Shown: positions 49,851-59,575, counted from the stretch's first letter. The stretch is 64,000 nucleotides of DNA from Candidatus Poriferihabitaceae bacterium (GCA_965243285.1 OZ251537.1:2713484-2777483); one strand, 5' to 3'. Numbers and translations are program-made. The notes: generated by a model not told the origin, from the letters alone.

Positions 49851-50183
49851 GGTGATGGCGGATGGTTTTGGTGGTGGTTTGACCGAGGGTTTGGTCGAGG
49901 GTTTGGTCGAGGGTTTGGTCGAGGGTTTAGCGATGTTTTGGCGAGCGGGCGGTGGTTTGGCATCGAGTGGAATCCATGCCAAGCGCCCATTCCCATCATA
50001 CAAATAACCGGGTGGATTTTTGGGCGGGTTTATCGAGAAAATTCGCAAAAAATCATCGCCGCCAGCCCGTCGATGCGGTGAAAATCGTACCCCTGGCGGC
50101 GATAGCGAAATTGACGCCACCGGCCGCACAGTGGCGGATATTCAATGGGGCGCCGCCCACCCAACCACGGACAGAATCTGACC

Positions 50184-51123
50184 ATGACCGCCAAAAACCA
50201 AAATCTGAACAAGGCAAGCAAAGCCAAAAATGACGAGTTTTATACTCAACTTGTCGATATTGAGACCGAGATGCATCACTACCAAGATCACTTCAAAGAC
50301 AATGTTGTGTATTGCAATTGTGGTGCCCCCAAGGCGAGCAAATTTCACCGATTTTTTACTCAAGCATATAATGCCTATGGCTTGAAAGCACTGATTACCA
50401 CCTGCTACAAAAATCAAAACCCGGATATTTTTAGCCAACATGATTCCGAGCAGGCGGTTTATTTGAAATATAACGGCTGCAAAACCGGCCGCCCTCGTCA
50501 CCTAAAAAGCGATGGCGATTTCCGTAATGATGAGTTGCTCGAGCTGTTACAACAAGCGGATATTGTGGTGACCAATCCGCCGTTCTCGTTGTTTCGCGAG
50601 TATGTCGCCCAACTGGTTAAGTACGATAAAAAGTTTTTGATTTTAGGCAATATGAATGCCATATCCTATAAGAAAATTTTCAAACTGATCAAAGATAATA
50701 AAATTTGGTTAGGCCTAAATAACAATGCGAAAAAATTTGTCGTACGGGGCTACGCAGAAAAATTCGATTCAGAAGAACACGGTACAAAATTCATGCACAT
50801 GGGCAATGTGTATTGGTATACCAATTTAGATCACAGCAAACGTCATAAACCACTAGGGTTTATATTTTACCTATAACCCGACCGACTATCCGAAATATGA
50901 CAACTACGATGCGATCAATGTCGAGAAGGTGAAACTTATCCCCAAAGATTATGCGGGGGTGATGGGTGTGCCGATTAGTTTTTTGGATAAATACAATCCT
51001 GACCAGTTCGAAATTATCGGATCAGATTACGATGTAAGGCAAGGGCTATTGCCAGCATTGGTGAATCCAAACTGGACTGGCAAACTCGACCGCTCCGGTC
51101 GATTTAGAGAAGCGAATCGCTAA
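50184..51123 (+). pseudogene. EcoRI-methylase-family N6-adenine DNA methyltransferase, frameshifted near 50860-50880
   Basis: KNDEFYTQL, DIVVTNPPFSLFREY and NAISYKKIF in frame 1. The expected continuation YPKYDNYDAINV...IPKDYAGVMGVPISFLDKYNPDQFEIIG lies in another frame. Confidence 0.7.
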
Positions 51124-51124
51124 A

Positions 51125-51414
51125 TTGGAAGAGCATCACGACATCAAACATAAGGGAATTTATGCCTATGTTTTAACCGGTGCTCCGCATCACCTGAACA
51201 CTCGCGCATTTACCAAAATTCAAAAAGATTCAGCCTACCGAAAGCAAAAAGGAATTTGCCCGGGCTGGCAATCCATGCGCCACTGCAAACAAAAAATTTA
51301 CCGCAAAGCAAATGCACGGCGACCACATCGAACCATGCAGCGAAGGCGGTCCGACCAACGACGACAACTGCCAAATGCTATGCGCGAAATGCAATCAAAG
51401 AAAAGGGAGTAAAT
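51125..51414 (+). pseudogene. HNH endonuclease remnant, frameshifted
   Basis: GICPG in one frame, then GNPCATANKKFTAKQMHGDHIEPCSEGGPTNDDNCQMLCAKCNQRKGSK (H-N-H/Cys motifs) in the next frame, ending at 51414. Confidence 0.55.
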
Positions 51415-51451
51415 AAAAACCAAAAGATCGCCGGTTTCAACCGACACCCAC

Positions 51452-51484
51452 GCCCCCGTTCGCTGCAAAACGGGCGGGGGTTTT
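51452..51484 (+). terminator. Possible rho-independent terminator after the methylase/HNH remnant
   Basis: CCCGTT...AACGGG stem, with G/C extension, followed by TTTT. The T-tract is short. Confidence 0.4.
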
Positions 51485-51491
51485 GCTATAT

Positions 51492-51602
51492 TCGCAGCCG
51501 CCTAAATCGCGGTGCGTGGCGATGGCGGTGAAGCCATGGTGGGCGAATAATGTACGCACCGTGGCGGCTTGGTCGTGGTCGTTTTCCAGCACCAACATGC
51601 CG
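51492..51602 (-). pseudogene. Displaced duplicate of the 3' end of prmC (last ~35 codons plus stop region)
   Basis: 111 bp aligning base-for-base with 53387-53497, roughly 88 percent identical by eye. It is fused directly to an internal part of the MITE. Confidence 0.8.
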
Positions 51603-52106
51603 TTCGATTGGCGTTTTTGAGGTCAGCGGCTGATTTAGGGGGCTGCGTTTGATTTTTGCTTTTGGCTTTTGGCTTTGGCTTTGGCTTTTCGCCTTTAGTC
51701 TTTGCTCCCCCCCATGCTTTTTCGGGAGGTGGAGCCAAAACTGGCGGCTTTTAGCCAGTTTTGGTGGGGGGATATCTTTAATGTTAGGTTTTACTCGACT
51801 TTTGATTTTCGATTGTCGTTTTTGCCTTTAAATTTTTACCCCATCAGCCACAAATTTACCCCATCAGCCACAAAAGGGAGTGAAAAGATACAACATCAAC
51901 AGAAAAATCAAAGTCAAAGCAACAGCAAAAGCAAAAGCAAAACCAAAATCAAACCCAAAATCAAACCCACCCCCCACCAAAACTGGCGATGAAGCCCGCC
52001 AGTCTTGACTTATCCCGCATTAAAACGGGGGGAGTAAAGCGTAACAGCCAAAATCAAAAGCAAACCCAAAACCAAACCCACCGTGCAGATTTAGGTATAT
52101 AAATCC
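51603..52106. mobile_element. MITE-like element of the same family (left outermost end missing)
   Basis: Starts with TTCGATTGGCGTTTTTGAGGTCAGCGG (subterminal sequence) and has a microsatellite-rich interior. It ends CCGTGCAGATTTAGGTATATAAATCC. Confidence 0.75.
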
Positions 52107-52110
52107 ACTT

Positions 52111-53205
52111 TTAATCATCCGTGGGTTGCCGGGCATTTCGATGCAGCGCATAGTGTTTCAATTTATCTCGATATTCATTAATGCGGTGGTCTTTCCCCAT
52201 AATCAAAAACCCCCGCGATGAGACTCGTCTAAACAGCCTGGCGCCTCTAAATGGCATGCCCAAATTTTCGAGCACCTTTAGCTTGGAGATATTATTATCG
52301 CAGGCAGTGAGATAACGCATATCGCCATAATGCTTATATCCACAATATCTATTTCTGATGCTCTCGCCCACTTTGCCATTAACCATCGACACAACGCCGG
52401 CGGCCAGACCGGTGATAAAACTAGGCGGCACGCGGGGCACGCCATCGGCCGCATTAACGATTCGATAAACCGGCGTCTTAATTTGCTCGCCGAACTCTTC
52501 GCTACCCACCCTGGGGCTGCCGAAGGTATAGCAGGCCGCCGTGTGGTCGCTTTCAAGTTCTTTGGCGGCAATAATCGCCAATGCGCCGCCCAGCGAGTGC
52601 CCGGTGATGTAGAGGGAATATCCGCTTAGCGCTGTGACCGCTTGTTGAACCTCGTCCTTTACACTATTGAATGCGCCGGAAAACCCAGCATGCACATGGG
52701 CGCCGTTGGTGCCTCGATGAAATCTAACTTTCAAATCGGTCTTGATGTCTTTCCAACTATTGCATTGCGTGCCGCGAAAAGCCAGCGCCGCCACCTTATC
52801 CGCTTCTCTTGTCGCTAAAAAACCTTGAGTGTCATCGCAATTGAAGATCTGCGCTAATGAAAACCCGCCGACGCCGAGACCGGTTTCCAATAGTTTTTCG
52901 CCGGCTGTTTTTCCGCGCTCGCCATGGCCGGTTTTGTGATCGATATATTTCATCAAACTATCTTCAAGGGCGGAAATTTTAGCGGCCATTTGTTCCGCTT
53001 TTTTAACCTTGCAAGCAAATTTTATAACGCCCGTAATGTTTTTTATTTCCTTAGCCAACGAGCTGTCGCCATCGAATGGCAAATACGCCAGCGCGCTCAT
53101 CTCGCACATCAACCAAGCCGTTCGATCGCTATAGGCTGCACGACTGGTGGGCACGACCATCATTTTTTTGGGAACTTGAAAGTATTGATCATTCATCAGC
53201 ATCAC
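52111..53205 (-). CDS. Class-3 lipase-family (alpha/beta hydrolase) protein
   Basis: Nucleophile elbow ITGHSLGGALA preceded by VALAFRGT. AT-rich. Confidence 0.8.
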   Translation of the reverse strand: MMLMNDQYFQVPKKMMVVPTSRAAYSDRTAWLMCEMSALAYLPFDGDSSLAKEIKNITGVIKFACKVKKAEQMAAKISALEDSLMKYIDHKTGHGERGKTAGEKLLETGLGVGGFSLAQIFNCDDTQGFLATREADKVAALAFRGTQCNSWKDIKTDLKVRFHRGTNGAHVHAGFSGAFNSVKDEVQQAVTALSGYSLYITGHSLGGALAIIAAKELESDHTAACYTFGSPRVGSEEFGEQIKTPVYRIVNAADGVPRVPPSFITGLAAGVVSMVNGKVGESIRNRYCGYKHYGDMRYLTACDNNISKLKVLENLGMPFRGARLFRRVSSRGFLIMGKDHRINEYRDKLKHYALHRNARQPTDD

Positions 53206-53352
53206 CCGCAGCCTAGTCTGTAATAGTTATAAGAACCATGAAATATAAATGATGATTCTTAATTTTTGCAAATCGTTATTTGCTCAATCCGCAGGCTATC
53301 GATACCCCATAGCCACCGCCCGCCAAACTTTTGAGAACCAGCGCCGCGATTT

Positions 53353-54240
53353 TTAGTCGGCGGCCGCCACCCCGCATGTCACCCGCTCGCAGCCGGCTAA
53401 ATCGCGGTGGGTGGCGATGGCGGTGAAGCCATGGCGGGCGAATAAGGCACGCACGGCGGCGGCTTGGTCGTGGCCGTGTTCTAACGCCAACATGCCGGCG
53501 GCGGCGAGATAGCGCGGGGCAGCGGCGATGATGGCGGTTAACGCCGACAACCCGTCTGGCGGCGATATTAGGGCGGAAATCGGCTCGAATATCAGGTCGC
53601 CGGCGCGCAAATGGGGGTCATCTGGGGCGATGTAGGGCGGGTTTGCCACAATCAAAGCGAAGCGCTGAGGCGGCAGCGCGGCAAACCAATCGCTCAACCG
53701 AAAATCCACATGCGATAAATCCAGCCACCGTTGCCGCGCCACGGCACGCCGATTGCGCTTTGCCACCGCCAACGCCGCCGGGCAAATATCGGTGGCGATG
53801 ATGGCGCACTGCGGTACTTCGCTCGCCACCGCCAGCGCGATGGCGCCGCAGCCGGTGCCTAATTCCAGCACGCTATCGCAGCCGCTCCGGGCGCGCGCCA
53901 CCGCCAACTCCACCAATAATTCCGATTCCGGGCGCGGAATCAGCACCGCCGGAGTCACCGCAAACGCCAGCGACCAAAATTCCCGCTGCCCTATCAAATA
54001 GGCCACCGGCTCGCCGCCCGCCCGCCGCTCCACCCAGTCGGTAAATACCTCGATTTGCGCCGCCGACAGCCGTCGCCCGCCGCCGGCGATCAACCCGGCG
54101 CTGGTTTCACCGGCCGCAGCCCCCAACAACGCTTCCGCATCCACCCCATCCAGCCGCTGCCGCGCCCAACGCAGCGCTTGATCCATGGTCATGGGTGCCG
54201 CCGATTCACCACGCCTATCGACCATCGCCATCCCCCCCAC
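53353..54240 (-). CDS. prmC: Release-factor glutamine N5-methyltransferase PrmC (HemK)
   Basis: LELGTGCGAIA SAM motif, VANPPYI, and its position downstream of prfA. Confidence 0.9.
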   Translation of the reverse strand: MGGMAMVDRRGESAAPMTMDQALRWARQRLDGVDAEALLGAAAGETSAGLIAGGGRRLSAAQIEVFTDWVERRAGGEPVAYLIGQREFWSLAFAVTPAVLIPRPESELLVELAVARARSGCDSVLELGTGCGAIALAVASEVPQCAIIATDICPAALAVAKRNRRAVARQRWLDLSHVDFRLSDWFAALPPQRFALIVANPPYIAPDDPHLRAGDLIFEPISALISPPDGLSALTAIIAAAPRYLAAAGMLALEHGHDQAAAVRALFARHGFTAIATHRDLAGCERVTCGVAAAD

Positions 54241-54277
54241 CGCCCAAAATCACCGCCCAAATCACCGCCCAAACCCC

Positions 54278-55363
54278 TCACCCATCCCCCGATGCCACCA
54301 GCAAATCGGCGCGATGTTCAGCCATCAACGGGTCGATGATCGGGTCGATATCGCCGCTTAAAATATCGTCCAATTTGTATAAGGTGAGGCCGATGCGGTG
54401 GTCGGTCACCCGCCCTTGGGGGAAATTGTAGGTGCGGATGCGCTGCGAGCGGTCGCCGCTGCCGACTAGGGATTTGCGCGTGCTGGCTTCCAGCTGGCGC
54501 TGTTTTTGCGTCTCCGCCTCTAACAGGCGGGATTTCAGCGCCGTCATGGCGCGGGCGCGATTTTTGTGCTGCGAGCGCTGGTCTTGGCACTCCACCACCA
54601 CGCCGCTCGGCACATGGGTGATGCGGATGGCGGAATCGGTCTTGTTGACATGCTGCCCGCCCGCCCCCGAGGCGCGAAAGGTATCCACCCGCAAATCGGC
54701 TGGGTTGATATCGATTTCATCCACCTCTTCGGCCTCCGCCAGCACCGCCACGGTGCAGGCGGAAGTGTGAATGCGCCCTTGGGATTCGGTCTCCGGCACG
54801 CGCTGCACGCGATGCGCGCCGGATTCGAATTTCAGCCGCGCATACACGCCGGCGCCCAACACGCGGCTGATAATTTCCTTATAGCCGCCGTGTTCGCCCT
54901 CGCTGCGGCTCATAATTTCCGTGAGCCAGCCGCGTCGCTCGGCATACGCGTGGTACATCTTGAATAAATCCCCGGCGAACAGCGCCGCCTCATCGCCGCC
55001 GGTGCCAGCGCGGATTTCGAGGAAAATATTGCGCCCATCAGTGCGCTCTTTAGGCCTCAGCAACAACACCAGCGCCGCCTCGCCGGCCGCCAAACCTTCC
55101 CGCAGGGCGGGGATTTCATCGCGCGCTAAGTCGCGGATGGCGGCATCATCATCCGCCAACATGCCCGCGGTTTCCTCCACCTGTTCGAGCCGCCGCCGGT
55201 AGTCGGTAAAACCATCCACCACCGGCTCGATTTCCGCCAGTTCGATGGATAACTCGCGAAACCGCCCCGGCGCCGAAGCCACCTCCGGCTCCGCCAGCAG
55301 GGCGAGAATTTCCTCGTGGCGCTCGACCAGCCGCCGCAATTTATCCTCGGTGCTGGCCTTCAT
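54278..55363 (-). CDS. prfA: Peptide chain release factor 1
   Basis: [11 protein letters not shown] (GGQ) and [14 protein letters not shown]. The hemA-prfA-prmC order also fits. Confidence 0.95.
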   Translation of the reverse strand: MKASTEDKLRRLVERHEEILALLAEPEVASAPGRFRELSIELAEIEPVVDGFTDYRRRLEQVEETAGMLADDDAAIRDLARDEIPALREGLAAGEAALVLLLRPKERTDGRNIFLEIRAGTGGDEAALFAGDLFKMYHAYAERRGWLTEIMSRSEGEHGGYKEIISRVLGAGVYARLKFESGAHRVQRVPETESQGRIHTSACTVAVLAEAEEVDEIDINPADLRVDTFRASGAGGQHVNKTDSAIRITHVPSGVVVECQDQRSQHKNRARAMTALKSRLLEAETQKQRQLEASTRKSLVGSGDRSQRIRTYNFPQGRVTDHRIGLTLYKLDDILSGDIDPIIDPLMAEHRADLLVASGDG

Positions 55364-55649
55364 CGCCGCTGCGCCCGGCCCGAGCCGATTTCAAGCCCCA
55401 TTAAATCGATGTCCATTACTAGTTTTTAATGGGGTTCGTGTTGTGGTTAATAATGTAGGCCGAATTCGACCGCCACGCCGCCCAGCGCTTGCGCCGCCCT
55501 CGCCACCCGCCATTGACCGCCGGAAAATGCGCGCCCGGCCCGCCAGCCGCCGGCAATTTTGCCGAATCCATGGGGGAATCGATAGGACAATCGATAGTCG
55601 AATCGACAAGCCCACCCCTCGCCCATCCAAACCTTAAGCCGGGACCCCA

Positions 55650-56909
55650 TCACCCCCGCCCCGATTGCCCGAATAATCGCCGCACCGCGCGCAACAACTC
55701 GGCGTCGCCGTCGATATGGGCTTGCTTTATGGCGGCGCTGGGGGCGTGGGCGAATTTATTGGCCAAAGCGCGGGCTAATTGTCGCGCCACCGCTTGCGGG
55801 TCGGCGCCGTTGCGGATTTTTCGCGCTGCGCAGTCGGCCTCGGCGCGTTGCATGGCGTCCAAATCTTGGCGCAACAGGCGGATGGCGGGGGTCGAATCCA
55901 GCGACCGCATCCAACGCATAAAGCGCACCACTTGCTGGTCTACGATGATTTCCGCAGCCTCGGCGGCGCGCGCTCGGGCGCTGCGATGTTGCGCCACCAC
56001 GCCCTGCAAATCATCCACCGTGTACAAATACACATTGCGCAGCCGCCCTGCCTCCGGCTCCACATCGCGCGGCACCGCGAGGTCTAAGATGAACATCGGC
56101 TTATGTTTGCGCTCGGCCAGGGCGCGCTCCACCGCCCCTTTGCCGAGAATGGGCAATGTGCTGGCGGTGGCCGAGGCGACGATATCGGCCTGCGCCAGCC
56201 GCGCCGGAATCTGCCCCAAAGCGATCGCCTCGCCGCCCACAATGTCAGCCAAATGCCGCGCCTTGGGCAGCGAGCGATTGGCGATAATCAAGCGCCCGAG
56301 GCCGCTTTCCTTAAGGTGGCGCGCCGCCAGTTCGATGGTCTCCCCAGCGCCAATCAGCAACGCCGTCTGCTCGCTCAAACGCGCGAAAACCCGCTTCGCC
56401 AAGGCCACGCCGGCATAAGCCACCGACACCGCATGGGCGCCGATGGCGGTGTCGGTGCGCACTTGTTTAGCCACCGAAAAAGTATGCTGAAACAGGCGAT
56501 TCAACACTTTGCCGGTGGCCCCGGCGGCAGTGGCGGCGTGAAATGCGGCCTTCATTTGCCCGAGTATCTGCGGCTCGCCGAGCACCATGGAATCCAGCCC
56601 CGAAGCCACCCGAAAGGCGTGTTTTACGGCTTGCTCATCGGGCAAAACATAGACCGAATCATGCGCTGCCTGGCCCGCAAAACCGGCGCGCTGCGCGAAC
56701 CAATCCCGCACTTGCCCACAGCCGCCGGTCGGCGCCCCGCAGTAAATTTCGGTGCGATTGCAAGTCGATAAAATCGCCGCCTCGCCAACCCCGCCGGATG
56801 CGGTCAGTTCGCGCAACGCCGGCCGCAACGCCTCAGGCGCGAACGCCGCCCGCTCCCGCAGCTCGATGGAAGCGGTTTCGTGATTGAGGCCTAAGGCCAA
56901 GATTTTCAT
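55650..56909 (-). CDS. hemA: Glutamyl-tRNA reductase
   Basis: MKILALGLNHETASIELRE and LSTCNRTEIY. Confidence 0.95.
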   Translation of the reverse strand: MKILALGLNHETASIELRERAAFAPEALRPALRELTASGGVGEAAILSTCNRTEIYCGAPTGGCGQVRDWFAQRAGFAGQAAHDSVYVLPDEQAVKHAFRVASGLDSMVLGEPQILGQMKAAFHAATAAGATGKVLNRLFQHTFSVAKQVRTDTAIGAHAVSVAYAGVALAKRVFARLSEQTALLIGAGETIELAARHLKESGLGRLIIANRSLPKARHLADIVGGEAIALGQIPARLAQADIVASATASTLPILGKGAVERALAERKHKPMFILDLAVPRDVEPEAGRLRNVYLYTVDDLQGVVAQHRSARARAAEAAEIIVDQQVVRFMRWMRSLDSTPAIRLLRQDLDAMQRAEADCAARKIRNGADPQAVARQLARALANKFAHAPSAAIKQAHIDGDAELLRAVRRLFGQSGRG

Positions 56910-56915
56910 CGCAAC

Positions 56916-57105
56916 GGGGGTGGGGTGGATGGTCGGGTGGGTGGATGGTCGGGTGGGGTGGATGGTCGGGTGGATAGTCGGGTGGATGGTCAGGGGGATG
57001 GTCGGGTGGGTGGATGGTCGGGTGGGTGGATGGTTAGGGTGGATGGTCAGGTGGATGGTCAGGGGGATGGTCGGGTGGGTGGATGGTCAGGGTGGATGGT
57101 GGATG
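56916..57105. repeat. About 190-bp minisatellite of 12/16-bp units (GGGTGGATGGTC with optional GGGT), G-rich on the + strand, starting 7 nt from the hemA start codon
   Basis: Read directly across 56916-57105. It is C-rich on the hemA sense strand. Confidence 0.9.
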
Positions 57106-57345
57106 AATTAATGGTCGGCGGATTGCCACCCCAAAAAACCAGAACCTATCCATGCATTAAATCACCCCGCACCGCCGAAAACCCCATTTTACCTTATGCA
57201 GAACACCCCAATTTTTGCCCAGTCGACACTTTTCACCACTTTTCATCCATAAAACCGAAGTCACTCCCCGTTTTCGGCGTTATTCGCCGTTTTTGATAGC
57301 CCGCTAAACAGCGCTGGGTAACCAGCCTTACAGAGGGCTATTTAC

Positions 57346-58815
57346 ATGAACAAAAAACTCATTGCAGCCGCGGTTTCAGCCGTGGTAATCGCGCCAGTGG
57401 CGCAGGCGGAGATGGAGGTCTACGGGCGGATTAACAACGCCATTGACCTTAATGATTTGGCCGCCGATGGCGAGTCGACTACTGACATTAGCGGGGTTGC
57501 TTCTCGCTTTGGTCTTCGAGGCCATGCCGATCTGGGCAATGGCTTGACGGCGCATGGTCGGTACGAGTTTGCGACGCACACCGACCGAGAAAGCAACAAG
57601 GGTGGTGCAATAGCAGACACAAATGGCAAGGAATCCACAACTGGCGTGGATGATGTTCGCATCGCCACCGTCGGCCTGTCTGGTGCTTTTGGTCGGGTGG
57701 ATATCGGCAATCAGTGGAGCGCTTATTTCAACACCTTCGGCACGCTGGTCAGCCCGACTTACACTTTGGGCTACTACTTGTATTCCAGCATCGGCGGCGG
57801 AGCGTATCGTGCTTCCAACACCATCAAGTACTCCAACTCATTCGGCCCGGTTAATCTTCAACTGGATCTCCGTTTGAACGGCAGTGATGAAACCGCAGAT
57901 GTTGCGGAGAAAATCAACGGCGATGGATTTGGTATTGGCTTGAGTTTCGCCATCACCGACAACATCACCCTCGCCGGTAGTTATGATACCGAGAGTGGTG
58001 CTGATCGTGGTGCGCGTGAATACCAAGCATACCAAGCAAGCGAAGGCCGTGCTGCTGTGGCTGCTGTGGCTGCTGTGGATGGGAGAGTTGCTACGGCTGA
58101 TGATGTCAGAGATAGGGTTGATGAGGTCCCTGCATATAATGTTGTTGATGCACGAGGCAACCTCCTCAGGAAGGTGGATTTAGTACCAGCAGTACCCCAG
58201 ATTGAGATCAATGGTGACATCCCAGCAGTAGATGAAGTAGCTGCAAGGGCTGCTTCACCTGATTACATGGCCGCAACTCCCGCAGTCAGCTATCAAGCGG
58301 CTGATGAAACGCCCGACACCGACCGCTTTGGACTTGCGCTGAAGGGTACTTTCGGCAATTTCCATGCGACAGTCGGTTTCCAAAGCCACAACGTGGATGA
58401 AGACAATCGTAGTGGGGCAGAAGTTGATGTCGACAGCCAATATCTGTATGTCGGCGGCAACATCAGCGAAAAAACCACTTGGTTGGTTGGCTATTCGCAA
58501 GCCGACAATGGCCGAGATGCCCGTGCCGCTGTTGCTGCTACTACCCGTAACTTGACCGCTGCTGAAGTAGATGCAATCAATCTTGCCAATGGCGCACTTA
58601 CGGATGCTGATACCGGTTTTGTTACAGTAGACAACCAAGTGGAAACCCAAGCAGCACGACCCGCAGTCACCGCAACCGACGATTCAACCCAGTTAACCTG
58701 GGGCTTGTATCACAATGTCGGCGGCGGTTTGCGGTTGTACTACGAAGCCACCAGCCTCGACAGCGGATCAAACGACGGCGATCGTCACCTCCTCGGCATG
58801 CGTTTCGACTTCTAA
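57346..58815 (+). CDS. Outer-membrane porin (general Gram-negative porin family) with a long Ala/Val/Asp-rich insert
   Basis: Signal peptide ending AQA, EVYGRINNAI first strand, alternating beta-strand pattern and C-terminal LGMRFDF. Confidence 0.8.
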   Translation: MNKKLIAAAVSAVVIAPVAQAEMEVYGRINNAIDLNDLAADGESTTDISGVASRFGLRGHADLGNGLTAHGRYEFATHTDRESNKGGAIADTNGKESTTGVDDVRIATVGLSGAFGRVDIGNQWSAYFNTFGTLVSPTYTLGYYLYSSIGGGAYRASNTIKYSNSFGPVNLQLDLRLNGSDETADVAEKINGDGFGIGLSFAITDNITLAGSYDTESGADRGAREYQAYQASEGRAAVAAVAAVDGRVATADDVRDRVDEVPAYNVVDARGNLLRKVDLVPAVPQIEINGDIPAVDEVAARAASPDYMAATPAVSYQAADETPDTDRFGLALKGTFGNFHATVGFQSHNVDEDNRSGAEVDVDSQYLYVGGNISEKTTWLVGYSQADNGRDARAAVAATTRNLTAAEVDAINLANGALTDADTGFVTVDNQVETQAARPAVTATDDSTQLTWGLYHNVGGGLRLYYEATSLDSGSNDGDRHLLGMRFDF

Positions 58816-58860
58816 CAATGCCTCGCAAACCCATGGCTTGATATTTAAGCCATTCCTTGA

Positions 58861-58891
58861 AACCCGGGGCATTCGTGCTCCGGGTTTTTTT
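58861..58891 (+). terminator. Rho-independent terminator after the porin gene
   Basis: AACCCGG ... CCGGGTT stem followed by a run of seven T. Confidence 0.7.
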
Positions 58892-58922
58892 ATGTTATAT
58901 TTATCAACATTAATATCTTCCA

Positions 58923-59096
58923 ATGAAAATAATGTTCCAACAACAAAGCAGTAATCCGCTGACTGAATTGAAGCACACGCTTCGAACTCTGTCCATGATT
59001 CGAGATATGTTGACCCTGGCCAGCACCATGACAAAAGAGGAAATAATCCTACTTTTACTATGGGCAGTAACCAGAAATAAGGAAATCCAAATGTGA
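58923..59096 (+). CDS. Possible 57-aa hypothetical protein (below the ORF-track cutoff)
   Basis: ATG-to-TGA ORF (MKIMFQQQSSNPLTELKHTLRTL...) in an AT-rich stretch, followed about 60 nt later by a strong terminator. No homology recognised. Confidence 0.25.
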   Translation: MKIMFQQQSSNPLTELKHTLRTLSMIRDMLTLASTMTKEEIILLLLWAVTRNKEIQM

Positions 59097-59156
59097 ATTA
59101 AAAACAGCCAGCATTTAAGATGGGCAATCAGGGGAAAATACCCCACCCAAAAAAAA

Positions 59157-59181
59157 CCACCGAGCAGTCGGTGGTTTTTTT
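59157..59181. terminator. Bidirectional rho-independent terminator
   Basis: A8-CCACCGA-GCAG-TCGGTGG-T7: a perfect 7-bp stem flanked by an A-run and a T-run. Confidence 0.7.
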
Positions 59182-59347
59182 CGCCCAAACCATTCGCCCA
59201 AACATCTCCCCAAGCAACACCAGCAGAACAAACCCCACAAATCAAAAACAAAAAACTCCGCCCAACCACAAACCAACAAACCACTCAATAAACCAACCAA
59301 CCAACCAACAAACCACTCAATAAACCGACCAACACACCCCATAAAAC

Positions 59348-59575
59348 CTATGAGAGAAATTTGATGAAGCCCATCAAAGATATTGTCGAGGTTATGAACA
59401 GGGCAATCATCCACCGCATGTTAGTTTGATTGGATGTCAAAATCTCAACAACCTCTGCTTTAATTTCAGCCCGCAAGGCAGCGGCATCTGCGTTCATTTC
59501 AGCCCGCAATTCTCTAAATCCTGCGTTCATTTCAGCCCGCAAGGCAGCGGCATCTGCGTTCATTTCAGCCCGCAA
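59348..59575 (-). CDS. Tail-anchored coiled-coil repeat protein (probably the surviving 3' part of a decayed gene)
   Basis: LRAEMNADAAA / LRAEMNAGFRE 11-aa repeats encoded by 33-nt DNA repeats, with a C-terminal TM helix WMIALFITSTISLMGFI. Related coding sequence upstream (EWRFEHLESEQREIKAEIRAV) is cut off by TAG and a frame change. Confidence 0.35.
   Translation of the reverse strand: MRAEMNADAAALRAEMNAGFRELRAEMNADAAALRAEIKAEVVEILTSNQTNMRWMIALFITSTISLMGFIKFLS

Noticed and set aside
55396-55434. 10-bp-stem hairpin (CCCCATTAAA...TTTAATGGGG) between hemA and prfA as a terminator or attenuator
   Set aside because: No U-tract follows on the sense strand, and the loop is long (19 nt). It may be structural, but the evidence is too weak to call.
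55489-56418. 309-aa ORF on the + strand (also 56103-56771)
   Set aside because: Antisense shadow ORFs over hemA, with no motifs.
56884-57296. ORFs encoding GWMVGWVDGRVG-type repeats
   Set aside because: These are simply translations of the 12/16-bp minisatellite upstream of hemA. There is no start context, and the same DNA yields repeat peptides in several frames.
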